64,000 nucleotides of DNA from Candidatus Omnitrophota bacterium (GTDB lineage Bacteria; Omnitrophota; Gorgyraeia; Gygaellales; Profunditerraquicolaceae). Positions 38,667-47,298 of the stretch are shown one piece after another. The notes under the pieces were generated by a model. It saw nothing but the letters and a program-made list of their open reading frames with translations. It searched no databases and was not told the DNA's origin. Position numbers and translations under genes: made by a program. The stretch's first letter is position 1. Each line of letters opens with the position of its first letter. Location: positions 388,322 through 452,321 of the forward strand of contig JAQUQW010000001.1 of NCBI GenBank assembly GCA_028716245.1. The letters run 5' to 3'.

Positions 38667-38993
38667 ATGTCTGCTCTGGAAAATGAACAAGAGATACGTG
38701 ATGGAAAATTTTTTGCCATAATTTCGTACGTTTCTTTTCTGTGCATCATTACTTTAATCTTAAAAAAAGACAATAAATTCGCCCTTTATCATGCTAAGCA
38801 GGGGCTGGTGCTTTTTGTAATGGAAGTTGTGGCATTTATACTTTCGATTATACCTTTATTAGGCTGGTTAATCGGAGTTCTTGGGTATGCGTTATTCCTG
38901 CTGGTTTCTCTATGGGGAATTATGCAGGCTTTTCTGGGTATTTACTGCCGGATCCCGGTTATAACTAAGATATCTGAGAAAGTCGTCATCTAA
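38667..38993 (+). CDS. small integral membrane protein (DUF4870-like)
   Basis: 108 aa with 2-3 TM helices; strong RBS AGGAGAG. Confidence 0.45.
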   Translation: MSALENEQEIRDGKFFAIISYVSFLCIITLILKKDNKFALYHAKQGLVLFVMEVVAFILSIIPLLGWLIGVLGYALFLLVSLWGIMQAFLGIYCRIPVITKISEKVVI

Positions 38994-39004
38994 GCAAGGA
39001 GGGC

Positions 39005-39415
39005 TTGTCAATGGCTTTAAAAAAGTTGAGCACCAATAAAAAAATAGCGAAATCCTCGCGCTTAGCGCGAGGAAAAAAGAAAATTACCAAAAAAGCTGTT
39101 AAAAAAACCAAAAAGAAACTGATCAAGAAGATGCCTGTAGCCAAGAAAAAACCGGCTGCTAAGAAAAAAGAAGGCAACCTTATCGGCACAGTCACGCATT
39201 ATTTTCCCCATGTGCAAGCCGCGGTAATCAAATTAAAAGGGCCTCTGGCAATGGGAGATACGGTAAAAATAAAAGGGCACACCACCGACCTTACCCAGGC
39301 GGTAACTTCAATGCAAATCGACCGGGTAGTGATTTCAAATGCCAAAAAAGGGGATGAAATCGGGCTGCAGGTAAATTCCCGGGTCAGGCAAGGCGATAAA
39401 ACTTATAAATTATAA
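39005..39415 (+). CDS. lysine-rich histone H1-like N-terminal tail fused to an EF-Tu domain-2-like beta-barrel
   Basis: N-terminal 60 aa are KKAVKKTKKKLIKK-type repeats; C-terminus shows a GTV...GD.VKIKG....GDEIGLQV pattern like translation-factor domain II. Confidence 0.4.
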   Translation: MSMALKKLSTNKKIAKSSRLARGKKKITKKAVKKTKKKLIKKMPVAKKKPAAKKKEGNLIGTVTHYFPHVQAAVIKLKGPLAMGDTVKIKGHTTDLTQAVTSMQIDRVVISNAKKGDEIGLQVNSRVRQGDKTYKL

Positions 39416-39517
39416 CTTCTAAGGGCCTGTTAAGCACAAAGCAGGCCCTAAAAAACGCCTATTTATAAGTAGGTACTCATAATAAATACGGCGTTAAACT
39501 TGGGTAAATCTAGGTAA

Positions 39518-39844
39518 ATGCGCTTGCGAGGAAGGCCGAAAAAATACAGGATAGTCAAAGTTGACCCTAAAATCAGCTATTTTAGCCCTAGAGGCCGGCC
39601 GGGAAGGCCTGATGAAGTCCAGATAAAAATGGATGAATTTGAGGCCTTAAGGCTGGCTGATTACCAAGGATTAGGCCAAAAAGAATCAGCCAAGTCTATG
39701 CGCATATCCCAGCAAACCTTTAGCCGGATATTAAAGAAGGCGCGCAAGCAAGTAGCTAAGGGAATTACTACCGGATCAACCATAAGAATCCAGGGTGGCC
39801 AATACGTGTTGCTTCCCGGGAGCAGAAATGAGAAAATTAGCTGA
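39518..39844 (+). CDS. DUF134/UPF0251 family predicted DNA-binding protein
   Basis: Characteristic N-terminus RGRPKK...V...P....F.P and C-terminal HTH (ESAKSMRISQQTFSRILKKAR). Confidence 0.7.
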   Translation: MRLRGRPKKYRIVKVDPKISYFSPRGRPGRPDEVQIKMDEFEALRLADYQGLGQKESAKSMRISQQTFSRILKKARKQVAKGITTGSTIRIQGGQYVLLPGSRNEKIS

Positions 39845-40670
39845 CTTAACTAAGGAAAAGTTAATCGATTTATATCTAAATGAAAGAAAATCCTTGGGTG
39901 ATATAGCTAAAATCTATAGCGTTTCCCGGACAGCAATATATAAAAAACTTAACACTCATGGTATAAAACAACGCTCTAAATCAGAGGCAAGAATTGAAGC
40001 GCAGAAACAAAATAAGGTTCCACAGCAATTTTATGATATAGATGAGGATTTTTTCAGTACTTGGTCACCTGAAATGGCGTACGTTTTTGGCTTAATTCTT
40101 ACTGATGGATGTATTTCTGATAACGGAGTGATATCGCTTTGTATAAACGACAGAGAATTACTAGAAAAGGTTAAAAAAGCATTGCAATCCGAACATAAAA
40201 TAACACTGTCTAAGCATCAAGAAGGCTTGCATTATTTTCATTTTGCCAGGGAAAAACTTGTGGCGGACTTAGCAAAACTTGGTGTTTTACCCAGAAAAAG
40301 TCTTACGGTCAAATTCCCAAAGATTCCAGAAAGCTTCCTAGTTGATTTCATAAGAGGAGTTTTTGATGGCGATGGAAGTGTTTTCTTTGATAAACGCCGA
40401 ATAAACTGTCCATTAAGGTCTAAATTTGTTAGTGGCTCCTGTGATTTTATAGCCGGTTTACAACAAAAGTTAGAATCTTTGAATATGCCCGAAAGAACAA
40501 TCTATAAACAAAAAACCAAAAATGGATGGAGTTATATGTTTATATATGATCATAAAGATAGCTTAAAGTTATTTGAAATTTTATATAAAAATATCCAAAA
40601 TAAGCTATTTTTAGAACGCAAATATAGGCGGTTTTTAGAAGGTATAAAAGGCATTAAGGCAAAAACATAG
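39828..40670 (+). CDS. free-standing LAGLIDADG homing endonuclease with N-terminal HTH
   Basis: Two LAGLIDADG motifs (FGLILTDGCI and FIRGVFDGDGSV) after an HTH (SLGDIAKIYSVSRTAIYKKL); start moved to ATG 39828 (RBS GGGAGCAG); visibly AT-rich versus neighbours. Confidence 0.7.
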   Translation: MRKLADLTKEKLIDLYLNERKSLGDIAKIYSVSRTAIYKKLNTHGIKQRSKSEARIEAQKQNKVPQQFYDIDEDFFSTWSPEMAYVFGLILTDGCISDNGVISLCINDRELLEKVKKALQSEHKITLSKHQEGLHYFHFAREKLVADLAKLGVLPRKSLTVKFPKIPESFLVDFIRGVFDGDGSVFFDKRRINCPLRSKFVSGSCDFIAGLQQKLESLNMPERTIYKQKTKNGWSYMFIYDHKDSLKLFEILYKNIQNKLFLERKYRRFLEGIKGIKAKT

Positions 40671-40693
40671 GGAAATAAGCAAGGAGGTTTTTT

Positions 40694-40990
40694 ATGAATA
40701 CCCAAATAGAATTAGAATATTTAAAACAACTAACTCAAAAATACGGTAGCCGCTATATAAAGAGTTATTTTGGTTTTACTATGAGAGATTTTGCAAGAAG
40801 AATGGGCATTGCAGATAATACTTTTAGCCAAATATTAAAAGGCGTACGTAAAATGCAGGAGAAATATGAACAAGCATTCTTACAGGCTTTTAAAGATTTG
40901 CAGGTAGAGGAAAAATCAAAGGGTTTCAAAGAAACCCCAAATCAGGTACAAATGAAACAGCTCTATCAAAAAAAGAACAGCTTATTCTGA
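40694..40990 (+). CDS. small HTH-containing hypothetical protein
   Basis: 98 aa; RBS AAGGAGG; HTH-like FTMRDFARRMGIADNTFSQILKG; AT-rich. Confidence 0.4.
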   Translation: MNTQIELEYLKQLTQKYGSRYIKSYFGFTMRDFARRMGIADNTFSQILKGVRKMQEKYEQAFLQAFKDLQVEEKSKGFKETPNQVQMKQLYQKKNSLF

Positions 40991-41666
40991 ATACAGGACA
41001 TCTTTGGGAACTGGATATAATATATCTTATGTTAACTTGTCTATCTTGGCTAAGTGTACTTAACCCTATATGAGACAATAAGTTATTAAGAGATGTTTTT
41101 AACCTGTGGAAAAGGTAATTCTTGTTTACTTAAACTTACCGCTTTATTTTATTCCTAACAATTCAGGCAAAATTTATGAATCATCTTCCCTGGATTTTTT
41201 GCTTTTAATTAAAGATTTTATTTATGAACCTGGCCGGGTTAAAACAGTAATTGCGGGATAAATTGACCTCTCTCCGAAGCGGTTATTAACGCGGTCTAGA
41301 GCCTAAATAAGGCCTTCCCTGCGGATTTCTTCCTAAGTAAACTATTAAGAGATGCCCATAGCAAGTGACCCCGATTGCCCGATTTCCGGGCCGTTTAGCC
41401 AAAGATACACCACATTGCGCTGACTAAATTTTGCTGCCTGAGCCTTGTAGCCACCATTTCAGACAACAGCCTGATCCAAGCTGGATAACCTGGGGGTTTA
41501 TTTGAGCTCTAGGTAAAGTATATGGATGGCTGATTGACTTGGGTTTTCACTGGACTTACCGGAACTTTCCTCAAACTTACCACAGTTACCATAACTCTCA
41601 TTAAAAAAATGCAGTAATGTTAAAGTTTGCACAGATTCTCTCGTGGAATTATCATCTGATCCATAT

Positions 41667-42270
41667 TTAATATTTCCTGATTACGGTGATGAGCTTGCCG
41701 ATTACCTCAAACTCTTCAAAGATTGGCGCGTAATTTGGATTAGCCGCTTCTAAATGAAACTTACCGGCTTTACTGCGCAGCCTTTTTAAAGTCACCTCAT
41801 TATTGTCTAAAAGTGCGGCAACTATATCATTATTGTCGGCATGGGGGCGTTTCTTGATAATGGCAATATCGCTATCTAGTATCCCGGCATCAATCATGCT
41901 GTCGCCTTTAACCTTTAAAGCGAAAACATCATCAAAACCCAGGCGGCCAAGAAATAAATCATCAGCATCAACATAACCCTGAATTTCTTCATAAGCTAAA
42001 TCCGGCTTACCGGCCATGATCGTACCGATTATGGGAATTTTAAAAGACGCGCGCTGCGTTAACCCGATTGCCCGTGATTTATTATTCATCCGCCTCACCA
42101 AACCTTTCTGTATTAGGGCCTTTAAATAGTCCCTGACTGTCCCGGTAGATTTAAACCCCAGCTCCTCTCCTATTTCTCTAATTGTAGGAGGGAGCCTCTC
42201 CCCTATCCGTTTGCGGATAAAATTAAGCACCTTTTCCTGCTTTGGCGTCAAATACGGCTTCTTTTCCATG
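41667..42270 (-). CDS. lexA: LexA repressor (SOS regulator, S24 peptidase)
   Basis: N-terminal wHTH (LTPKQEKVLNFI...GEELG), Ala-Gly cleavage site (IMAGKPD), Ser/Lys dyad (GDSM...KRL); start set to the internal Met MEKKPYLT rather than the track start 42290. Confidence 0.85.
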
Positions 42271-42282
42271 GCTATAGATATA

Positions 42283-42298
42283 CCACACATTTGTGTGG
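42283..42298. promoter_or_regulatory. candidate LexA operator: perfect palindrome CCACACA-TT-TGTGTGG
   Basis: Seen in sequence 13 nt upstream of the lexA start; autoregulated lexA genes typically carry their own operator here. Confidence 0.45.
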
Positions 42299-42333
42299 TT
42301 TGTCAAGAAAAATTAAAGGGGCGCCTCTAAAAT

Positions 42334-42381
42334 AAAGGGGACGGTTCTATTCCTTGGTTAAAAAATAGAACCGTCCCCTTT
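42334..42381 (-). terminator. REP-like hairpin copy C (AAAGGGGACGGTTCTAT-loop-ATAGAACCGTCCCCTTT)
   Basis: 17-bp stem with A/T-rich flanks, between the zinc-ribbon sORF and lexA on the minus strand. Confidence 0.55.
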
Positions 42382-42389
42382 ATTCTTAT

Positions 42390-42554
42390 TTAACGGCTTT
42401 GCCCCTTGCTCTTTTGATAACACTCTCTGCATAATATCGGTTTGCCGCCCTCTCTGGGTTTAAAAGGCACTTCGCATTCTTTTTTGCACTCTGCGCAAAT
42501 TGCCTTGTGCATTTCCCGGGGCCCGCCAAATCCACCACCTTGTTGATACGCCAT
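42390..42554 (-). CDS. 54-aa zinc-ribbon protein (CxxC-x17-CxxC)
   Basis: Below the 60-aa track threshold; translated by hand: MAYQQGGGFGGPREMHKAICAECKKECEVPFKPREGGKPILCRECYQKSKGQSR; perfect SD AAAGGAGGAAAC before the ATG; hairpin follows. Confidence 0.55.
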   Translation of the reverse strand: MAYQQGGGFGGPREMHKAICAECKKECEVPFKPREGGKPILCRECYQKSKGQSR

Positions 42555-42620
42555 GTTTCCTCCTTTTAGTTACTTAAATAATTATATAACTTTCTAAAAT
42601 AATCTCAAGTATTTTTAGTA

Positions 42621-42653
42621 AGGGGCTGGATAATCAAATCCAGCCCCTTTTTT
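42621..42653 (+). terminator. hairpin AGGGGCTGGAT-aatcaa-ATCCAGCCCCT plus TTTTT
   Basis: 11-bp stem with T-tract on the plus strand and A-tract on the minus; sits after the msrBA/sORF unit (minus) and could act in both directions. Confidence 0.5.
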
Positions 42654-42670
42654 AACCTATACAAATAAAC

Positions 42671-42727
42671 TTATTTCTTTTTCTTCTTTGCCTTTTTCTT
42701 CGGTTTCTTGCAGCTTCCGCAGCTCAT
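42671..42727 (-). CDS. 18-aa lysine-rich sORF (MSCGSCKKPKKKAKKKKK), possible micropeptide or leader
   Basis: Consensus SD AAAGGAGGTG 5 nt upstream, placed directly after the msrBA TGA stop; hand-translated. Confidence 0.25.
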   Translation of the reverse strand: MSCGSCKKPKKKAKKKKK

Positions 42728-42739
42728 ACCCACCTCCTT

Positions 42740-43639
42740 TCATCTTTTAGGTATATGGCAAGCCGGCTTTAAACCGTGTTTTATATAATAATCCTGATGA
42801 TAGCCTTCAGCTTTATAGAAATCTCCGGCTGCGATAATTTCGGTGGTAATCGGCTTTTTGTATCTGCCGGATTTCTCCAGCTTCTCCTTGGAAGCCAAGG
42901 CCGATTTTTTCTGCTCAGGCGTGTAATAAAATATCACTGAACGATACTGGCTGCCGATATCCGGGCCCTGTTGGTTTGGCGTGGTAGGATCATGGATATC
43001 CCAGAAAATATCCAGCAGCTTCTCATAAGCAACAACCTGAGGGTTAAACTCTAGCTCTACCGTTTCCGCATGCCCGGTCTTATCCGTACAGACATCTGCA
43101 TAACTGGGATTTTTCAGTTTTCCACCAGCGTAACCAGCTGTAGTTTTAACCACGCCTTTTATTCCTGTAAATGCTGCCTGGACGCCCCAGAAACATCCGG
43201 CGGCAAAAGCAGCTTTTTCGAGTTCTTCTTTTTTCGGCAGATTAATTTTGGCAAATTTAAGCGCTGCCGCATTAATACAATAACGTTTGCCGGTTGGCGG
43301 CGGGCCATCGTCAAAAACATGGCCCAGATGCGCGTCGCAACGGGCGCAAAGCACTTCCACCCTGGATGCCCCCAAAGTATTATCGATTCGTGTTTTGATA
43401 TTTAATTCAGAAACCGGTTCCCAGAAACTCGGCCAGCCGGTGCCGGATTCAAATTTGGTAGTAACTAAAAATAAATCCGTGCCGCAACAAATGCATTTAT
43501 ATACACCCTGCTCATTCTTCTTGGGCAGAACGCAGTGGCCGCTAAAAGGTACTTCCGTTACTTTAAGCCTGGTAACCCTGTATTGTTCAGGAGTAAGGAT
43601 CTTCTTCCATTGGGCATCGGTTTTATAGACCCGCTCCAC
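42740..43639 (-). CDS. msrAB: bifunctional peptide methionine sulfoxide reductase MsrB-MsrA
   Basis: N-terminal MsrB (two CxxC pairs, RYCINAAAL) and C-terminal MsrA (GCFWG); the track start is a GTG. Confidence 0.85.
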   Translation of the reverse strand: MERVYKTDAQWKKILTPEQYRVTRLKVTEVPFSGHCVLPKKNEQGVYKCICCGTDLFLVTTKFESGTGWPSFWEPVSELNIKTRIDNTLGASRVEVLCARCDAHLGHVFDDGPPPTGKRYCINAAALKFAKINLPKKEELEKAAFAAGCFWGVQAAFTGIKGVVKTTAGYAGGKLKNPSYADVCTDKTGHAETVELEFNPQVVAYEKLLDIFWDIHDPTTPNQQGPDIGSQYRSVIFYYTPEQKKSALASKEKLEKSGRYKKPITTEIIAAGDFYKAEGYHQDYYIKHGLKPACHIPKR

Positions 43640-43766
43640 TTCCTCAACTTGGCCGTTGCAAGATTAAAGATTTTAACCTTTTCTGGTTCTTTTGAAGAAA
43701 CTTCCATCTGCCCTCCAAGTAACAATATAAATCCAACTAACATCACAATTATACTGCTATACTTAT

Positions 43767-44189
43767 TCATCTTTTGACTTTACGCGGCGCCACCATTTTT
43801 GCATCCTTTAAAACATCATACATAAAACTGATCATGGATATTTCCGTTTTGGGTATTTCTTCATTTATTTTATTTACGCCATAATCCAGAGCCCTGACAG
43901 TACGGAAACTATCGGTTACGGTTATAACCACCGCTTCGTTTCTTTCTAATTCCTTGATCCCTTCAAGAACAAACATAAGTTTCTGGTATTCGGTCAGCTG
44001 ATTCCAGTTTTTATTAGTAAGTTTATAGCCATCCCATTTTGCCTGGGCCTTAGGAAAAAAACAAATATGCGGGGTCTGGTTATACCGGTAAATATTGCCT
44101 GAATTTTTAATACCCGGACCGGATGTTGAAGCGCAGCCGTTTAACAGGAATACTGCGGTTAAAACAGAAATCACCGATCCTATTTTCAT
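43767..44189 (-). CDS. lipoprotein, hypothetical
   Basis: Lipobox LLNGCAS; 140 aa. Confidence 0.45.
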   Translation of the reverse strand: MKIGSVISVLTAVFLLNGCASTSGPGIKNSGNIYRYNQTPHICFFPKAQAKWDGYKLTNKNWNQLTEYQKLMFVLEGIKELERNEAVVITVTDSFRTVRALDYGVNKINEEIPKTEISMISFMYDVLKDAKMVAPRKVKR

Positions 44190-44818
44190 TTTTGATCTCC
44201 TTTCCAGGAATCGATAAATCTCTTAACCTCCCGGCCAATTGCGGAGAAATTTTTGGCGGCCAACCATTCTTTTCTAAAAACACTGGCGCCAAAAGAAACC
44301 GCACTAGCCCCACTGGCAAAGTAGTCCTTCAGGTCATCCGCAGTTACTCCGGAGCAGGCCAAAAGTTCTATTTGATTAAAAGGCCCTTTGATCTCCCGAA
44401 AATACTCCGGCCCAAAAAATTTTGCCGGAAACACTTTGACCATCGTTGCCCCTGCCTCCCAGGCATAATAGATCTCCTGAGGGCTAAGGGCTCCGGGAAA
44501 TACCGGAATTTTATTTTTCACGCAATATTTCACAACATCATTGACTAAAACCGGCATCACGATAAAAGTCGCTCCACTCTTGAGAGCAATTTTTAAATCT
44601 TGCAAAGTAAGCACTGTGCCTGCGCCTAAAATCAAACGGCCTCGAGATACTTGCTTTGCCTTTTTAATTAAATCCGAAACTCCAGAAGTATTCATGGTAA
44701 TTTCTAAAGTTTCAAGCCCAGCCTCAATTACCGTTTCAACTAAAGGCTCAATCTGACTTACTTCGACACCCCGAAGAATCCCAAGAATAGGTTTTTCCTT
44801 AAATTTTATTATATCCAT
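44186..44818 (-). CDS. eda: KDPG / 4-hydroxy-2-oxoglutarate aldolase
   Basis: Eda family TIM barrel (GILRGV...LEITMNT...GAGTVLT, Schiff-base Lys region KVFPA); 210 aa. Confidence 0.75.
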   Translation of the reverse strand: MDIIKFKEKPILGILRGVEVSQIEPLVETVIEAGLETLEITMNTSGVSDLIKKAKQVSRGRLILGAGTVLTLQDLKIALKSGATFIVMPVLVNDVVKYCVKNKIPVFPGALSPQEIYYAWEAGATMVKVFPAKFFGPEYFREIKGPFNQIELLACSGVTADDLKDYFASGASAVSFGASVFRKEWLAAKNFSAIGREVKRFIDSWKGDQK

Positions 44819-44864
44819 ATAGAAACTTATTTAAGGGTGTCCCCTTTCAGGACGTCCCCCTTAT

Positions 44865-45815
44865 TTATTCTTCAACCTCCCCGACTAAATTCTCGTAAAA
44901 CTCACGGTAATTTTCTTTTTTATCGCTCCCCCGCAGGGCAATTGCCGTGCGCGGATGCTCATTAAGGATCCCGGTAATCGCGTAAGGGATAAAGTATCCC
45001 CATTCTATCTTTTTCTGCAAAGGGATAAACTCCTTGGAAATCACATCCAGGATCGGCCGGATATCATATTTAGGGTTCTTCAGAAATCCCAGGATCAACT
45101 CAGTGGGACAATTGCCCGCTGCCCTGCCTAAACCAAAGATGCTCGTATCCACGTAATTGGCCTCATGAATAATAGCCTCGATGGTATTGGCAAAGGCAAG
45201 CTGCTGATTATTATGCGCGTGCATCCCGACTTCCTTGCTTTTCAAAATACCTTTTGCTTTCTTGATCAGAAATTCCGTGGTTTCCTGATACAATGAGCCG
45301 AAGCTGTCCACGATATTGATTATCTTGGCCTTACATTCTTTTTCAAGCTGCTGCAGGCATTCGGTAAGTTCATTATCCAGCGCCCGGGATATGGCCATAA
45401 TATTTACCGCGGTTTCATAACCTTTATCCGCAAAGTGATTTGCCAGAAGGATCGCCTTATCCACATCCTTGACATAAGTAGCCACCCTGACCATATCAAC
45501 CGGGCTGTCTTGCTTAGGTAAAATATCGTCGATATCCACCCTGTCCACATCCACCATCACCGAGATCTTGGTCCGGGAAGCAATCCCCTCAACTACTTTC
45601 TTGATATCCTGATCCTCGCAAAATTTCCATTTACCAAACTCTTTGGGATTAAAAATCCGTTTGGAATTCTTATAGCCAATCTCCATATAATCTATACCCG
45701 CCTCAGAGAGCGCCTTATAAACTTCGCGCACAAAACGCAGGTCAAAATCATGATTATTCATTAATCCGCCGTCCCTGATCGTGCAGTCCAAAACCTTAAT
45801 CTTTTCCCTAAACAT
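44865..45815 (-). CDS. HMGL-like (DRE-TIM metallolyase) aldolase/synthase family protein
   Basis: N-terminal IKVLDCTIRDGG and downstream HxH (GMHAHNN) metal site; 316 aa. Confidence 0.6.
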   Translation of the reverse strand: MFREKIKVLDCTIRDGGLMNNHDFDLRFVREVYKALSEAGIDYMEIGYKNSKRIFNPKEFGKWKFCEDQDIKKVVEGIASRTKISVMVDVDRVDIDDILPKQDSPVDMVRVATYVKDVDKAILLANHFADKGYETAVNIMAISRALDNELTECLQQLEKECKAKIINIVDSFGSLYQETTEFLIKKAKGILKSKEVGMHAHNNQQLAFANTIEAIIHEANYVDTSIFGLGRAAGNCPTELILGFLKNPKYDIRPILDVISKEFIPLQKKIEWGYFIPYAITGILNEHPRTAIALRGSDKKENYREFYENLVGEVEE

Positions 45816-45826
45816 CAGCTCCTCCT

Positions 45827-46870
45827 TTAATCCCTGTTAATAACACCAACCATCTGGCAAAGCCGGCCGTAATCGCGCAGATTAAAGTTCATGATCAGCC
45901 GGGGCAACTGCGGATACTCCCCCTTTTGGATCTCCTCTTCGGTGGGAGGAGAAAAACAAATTTCGCCGCTTGCCAGAATATCTTTAAATTCCCGGTTGAT
46001 CAGATCCAAAGTTTTATCGGAAATTTTTTTATTCAGCCGCATTACCGTCAAACCGGCAACATACCTGATCGAGTGGTAGATCCGATAAAAATCTTCGATA
46101 TATTTGATTGCTTCATCGATGCTTTTAGCCATGTAAAAAAGGTTAAAATCCTCTTTTTTCACAAAGTCATTTTTAAACAGCTGGTTATTTATGAAACGCT
46201 TCCAATCAACCCAATAGGTAGAGCCTTTAGGTTCCATTAAAACTATCGGCCGGGGCTTGGATTTTCCGGTTTGAATGAGCGTAAGCATTTCAAAGCCTTC
46301 GTCATTTGTGCCAAACCCGCCCGGAAATAAAGCGGTGGCGTCGGTTTCTTTGACAAAAACCAGCTTTCTGGTAAAAAAATATTTAAAATTAATCAACCTC
46401 TCTTTTTCATCGATATAAGGATTGGGCTTTTGCTCAAAAGGCAGGCGGATGTTTAAGGCGAAATCTTTTCCAGCCAATGCCCCCTTATTGCCGGCCTCCA
46501 TAATCCCGGGGCCGCCTCCGGTTACCACCATATAGCCTTTTTCAGTTAGCTTCCTTGAAAATTCTTCAGCCATCTTATATTCAGCTGATGCTTTTTTAGA
46601 TCTAGCTGAACCAAAGATAATTACTTTTTTAATATTTCTATAGGGAGAAAACACCCTAAAGGAATAGCGTAATTCTTTAAGCACGTTATTTACAAGCTTA
46701 AGGTCACCCTTATCATCAGACTCCCTGCCTAATTTAACCGCGGTGGTGATTATTTCCCTTAACAAATGCGCGCTTTCCGCAGAGCTGATTTTTTTAACCA
46801 GCTCATCGATTAAATTATCTATGGCTTTGTCGCCAATTTCATAATCTTTTGCTATCCTGGCCATAACCAA
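45827..46870 (-). CDS. LOG-family (TIGR00730) nucleotide 5'-monophosphate nucleosidase with N-terminal extension
   Basis: IIFGSARS...VVTGGGPGIMEA and PGGFGT..E LOG motifs. Confidence 0.7.
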   Translation of the reverse strand: MVMARIAKDYEIGDKAIDNLIDELVKKISSAESAHLLREIITTAVKLGRESDDKGDLKLVNNVLKELRYSFRVFSPYRNIKKVIIFGSARSKKASAEYKMAEEFSRKLTEKGYMVVTGGGPGIMEAGNKGALAGKDFALNIRLPFEQKPNPYIDEKERLINFKYFFTRKLVFVKETDATALFPGGFGTNDEGFEMLTLIQTGKSKPRPIVLMEPKGSTYWVDWKRFINNQLFKNDFVKKEDFNLFYMAKSIDEAIKYIEDFYRIYHSIRYVAGLTVMRLNKKISDKTLDLINREFKDILASGEICFSPPTEEEIQKGEYPQLPRLIMNFNLRDYGRLCQMVGVINRD

Positions 46871-46888
46871 CCCTTCTTTACCCGATAC

Positions 46889-47284
46889 TTATTTTTTATC
46901 CTTCTGGACAAAATCCCTTATCGCGGCTTTATCTTCCTCTGAAATTTTATCAAAACGAATCCCGATCCTATGGCTTTCATCAGGCATAACCGAATTCGAC
47001 ATGACCTGCGCGATAACCTCAATACGCCTCAAACGCTTTTCGCCAACCAAACGCAAATTCATGAGATTAAATTTTACCCGAAGAAGCGTTCCTAACGGTA
47101 TGTCGTACTTAGTAATAATCGCCGCGCCCAGATCGCTTAAGTCCCGCATTAAAGCGCCGGTTTCATCGGGTAACCCCAAAGTAATGCGTAATTCAAACGG
47201 CTTCTCTATGCTATAGCTAAGCGTAAAAGCAGCCTCAGTACGAGCGGACTTGCGGTGATTTTGGCCATTCTTGCCATTTTCCAT
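46889..47284 (-). CDS. PilZ-domain protein (c-di-GMP receptor)
   Basis: RKSAR (RxxxR) and DLSDLGA (DxSxxG) motifs. Confidence 0.6.
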   Translation of the reverse strand: MENGKNGQNHRKSARTEAAFTLSYSIEKPFELRITLGLPDETGALMRDLSDLGAAIITKYDIPLGTLLRVKFNLMNLRLVGEKRLRRIEVIAQVMSNSVMPDESHRIGIRFDKISEEDKAAIRDFVQKDKK

Positions 47285-47298
47285 ACCCGCCCCCCCCT

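Noticed and set aside
40991-41666. tmRNA, RNase P RNA or SRP RNA in the gene-less region
   Set aside because: No GGTTCGA T-arm-like element or CCA-proximal acceptor for tmRNA, no GGAAAGTCCGG / ACAGAANCCGGCTTA P4 strands for RNase P, and no SRP domain-IV motif found by eye on either strand. Left open as unknown ncRNA or decayed gene.
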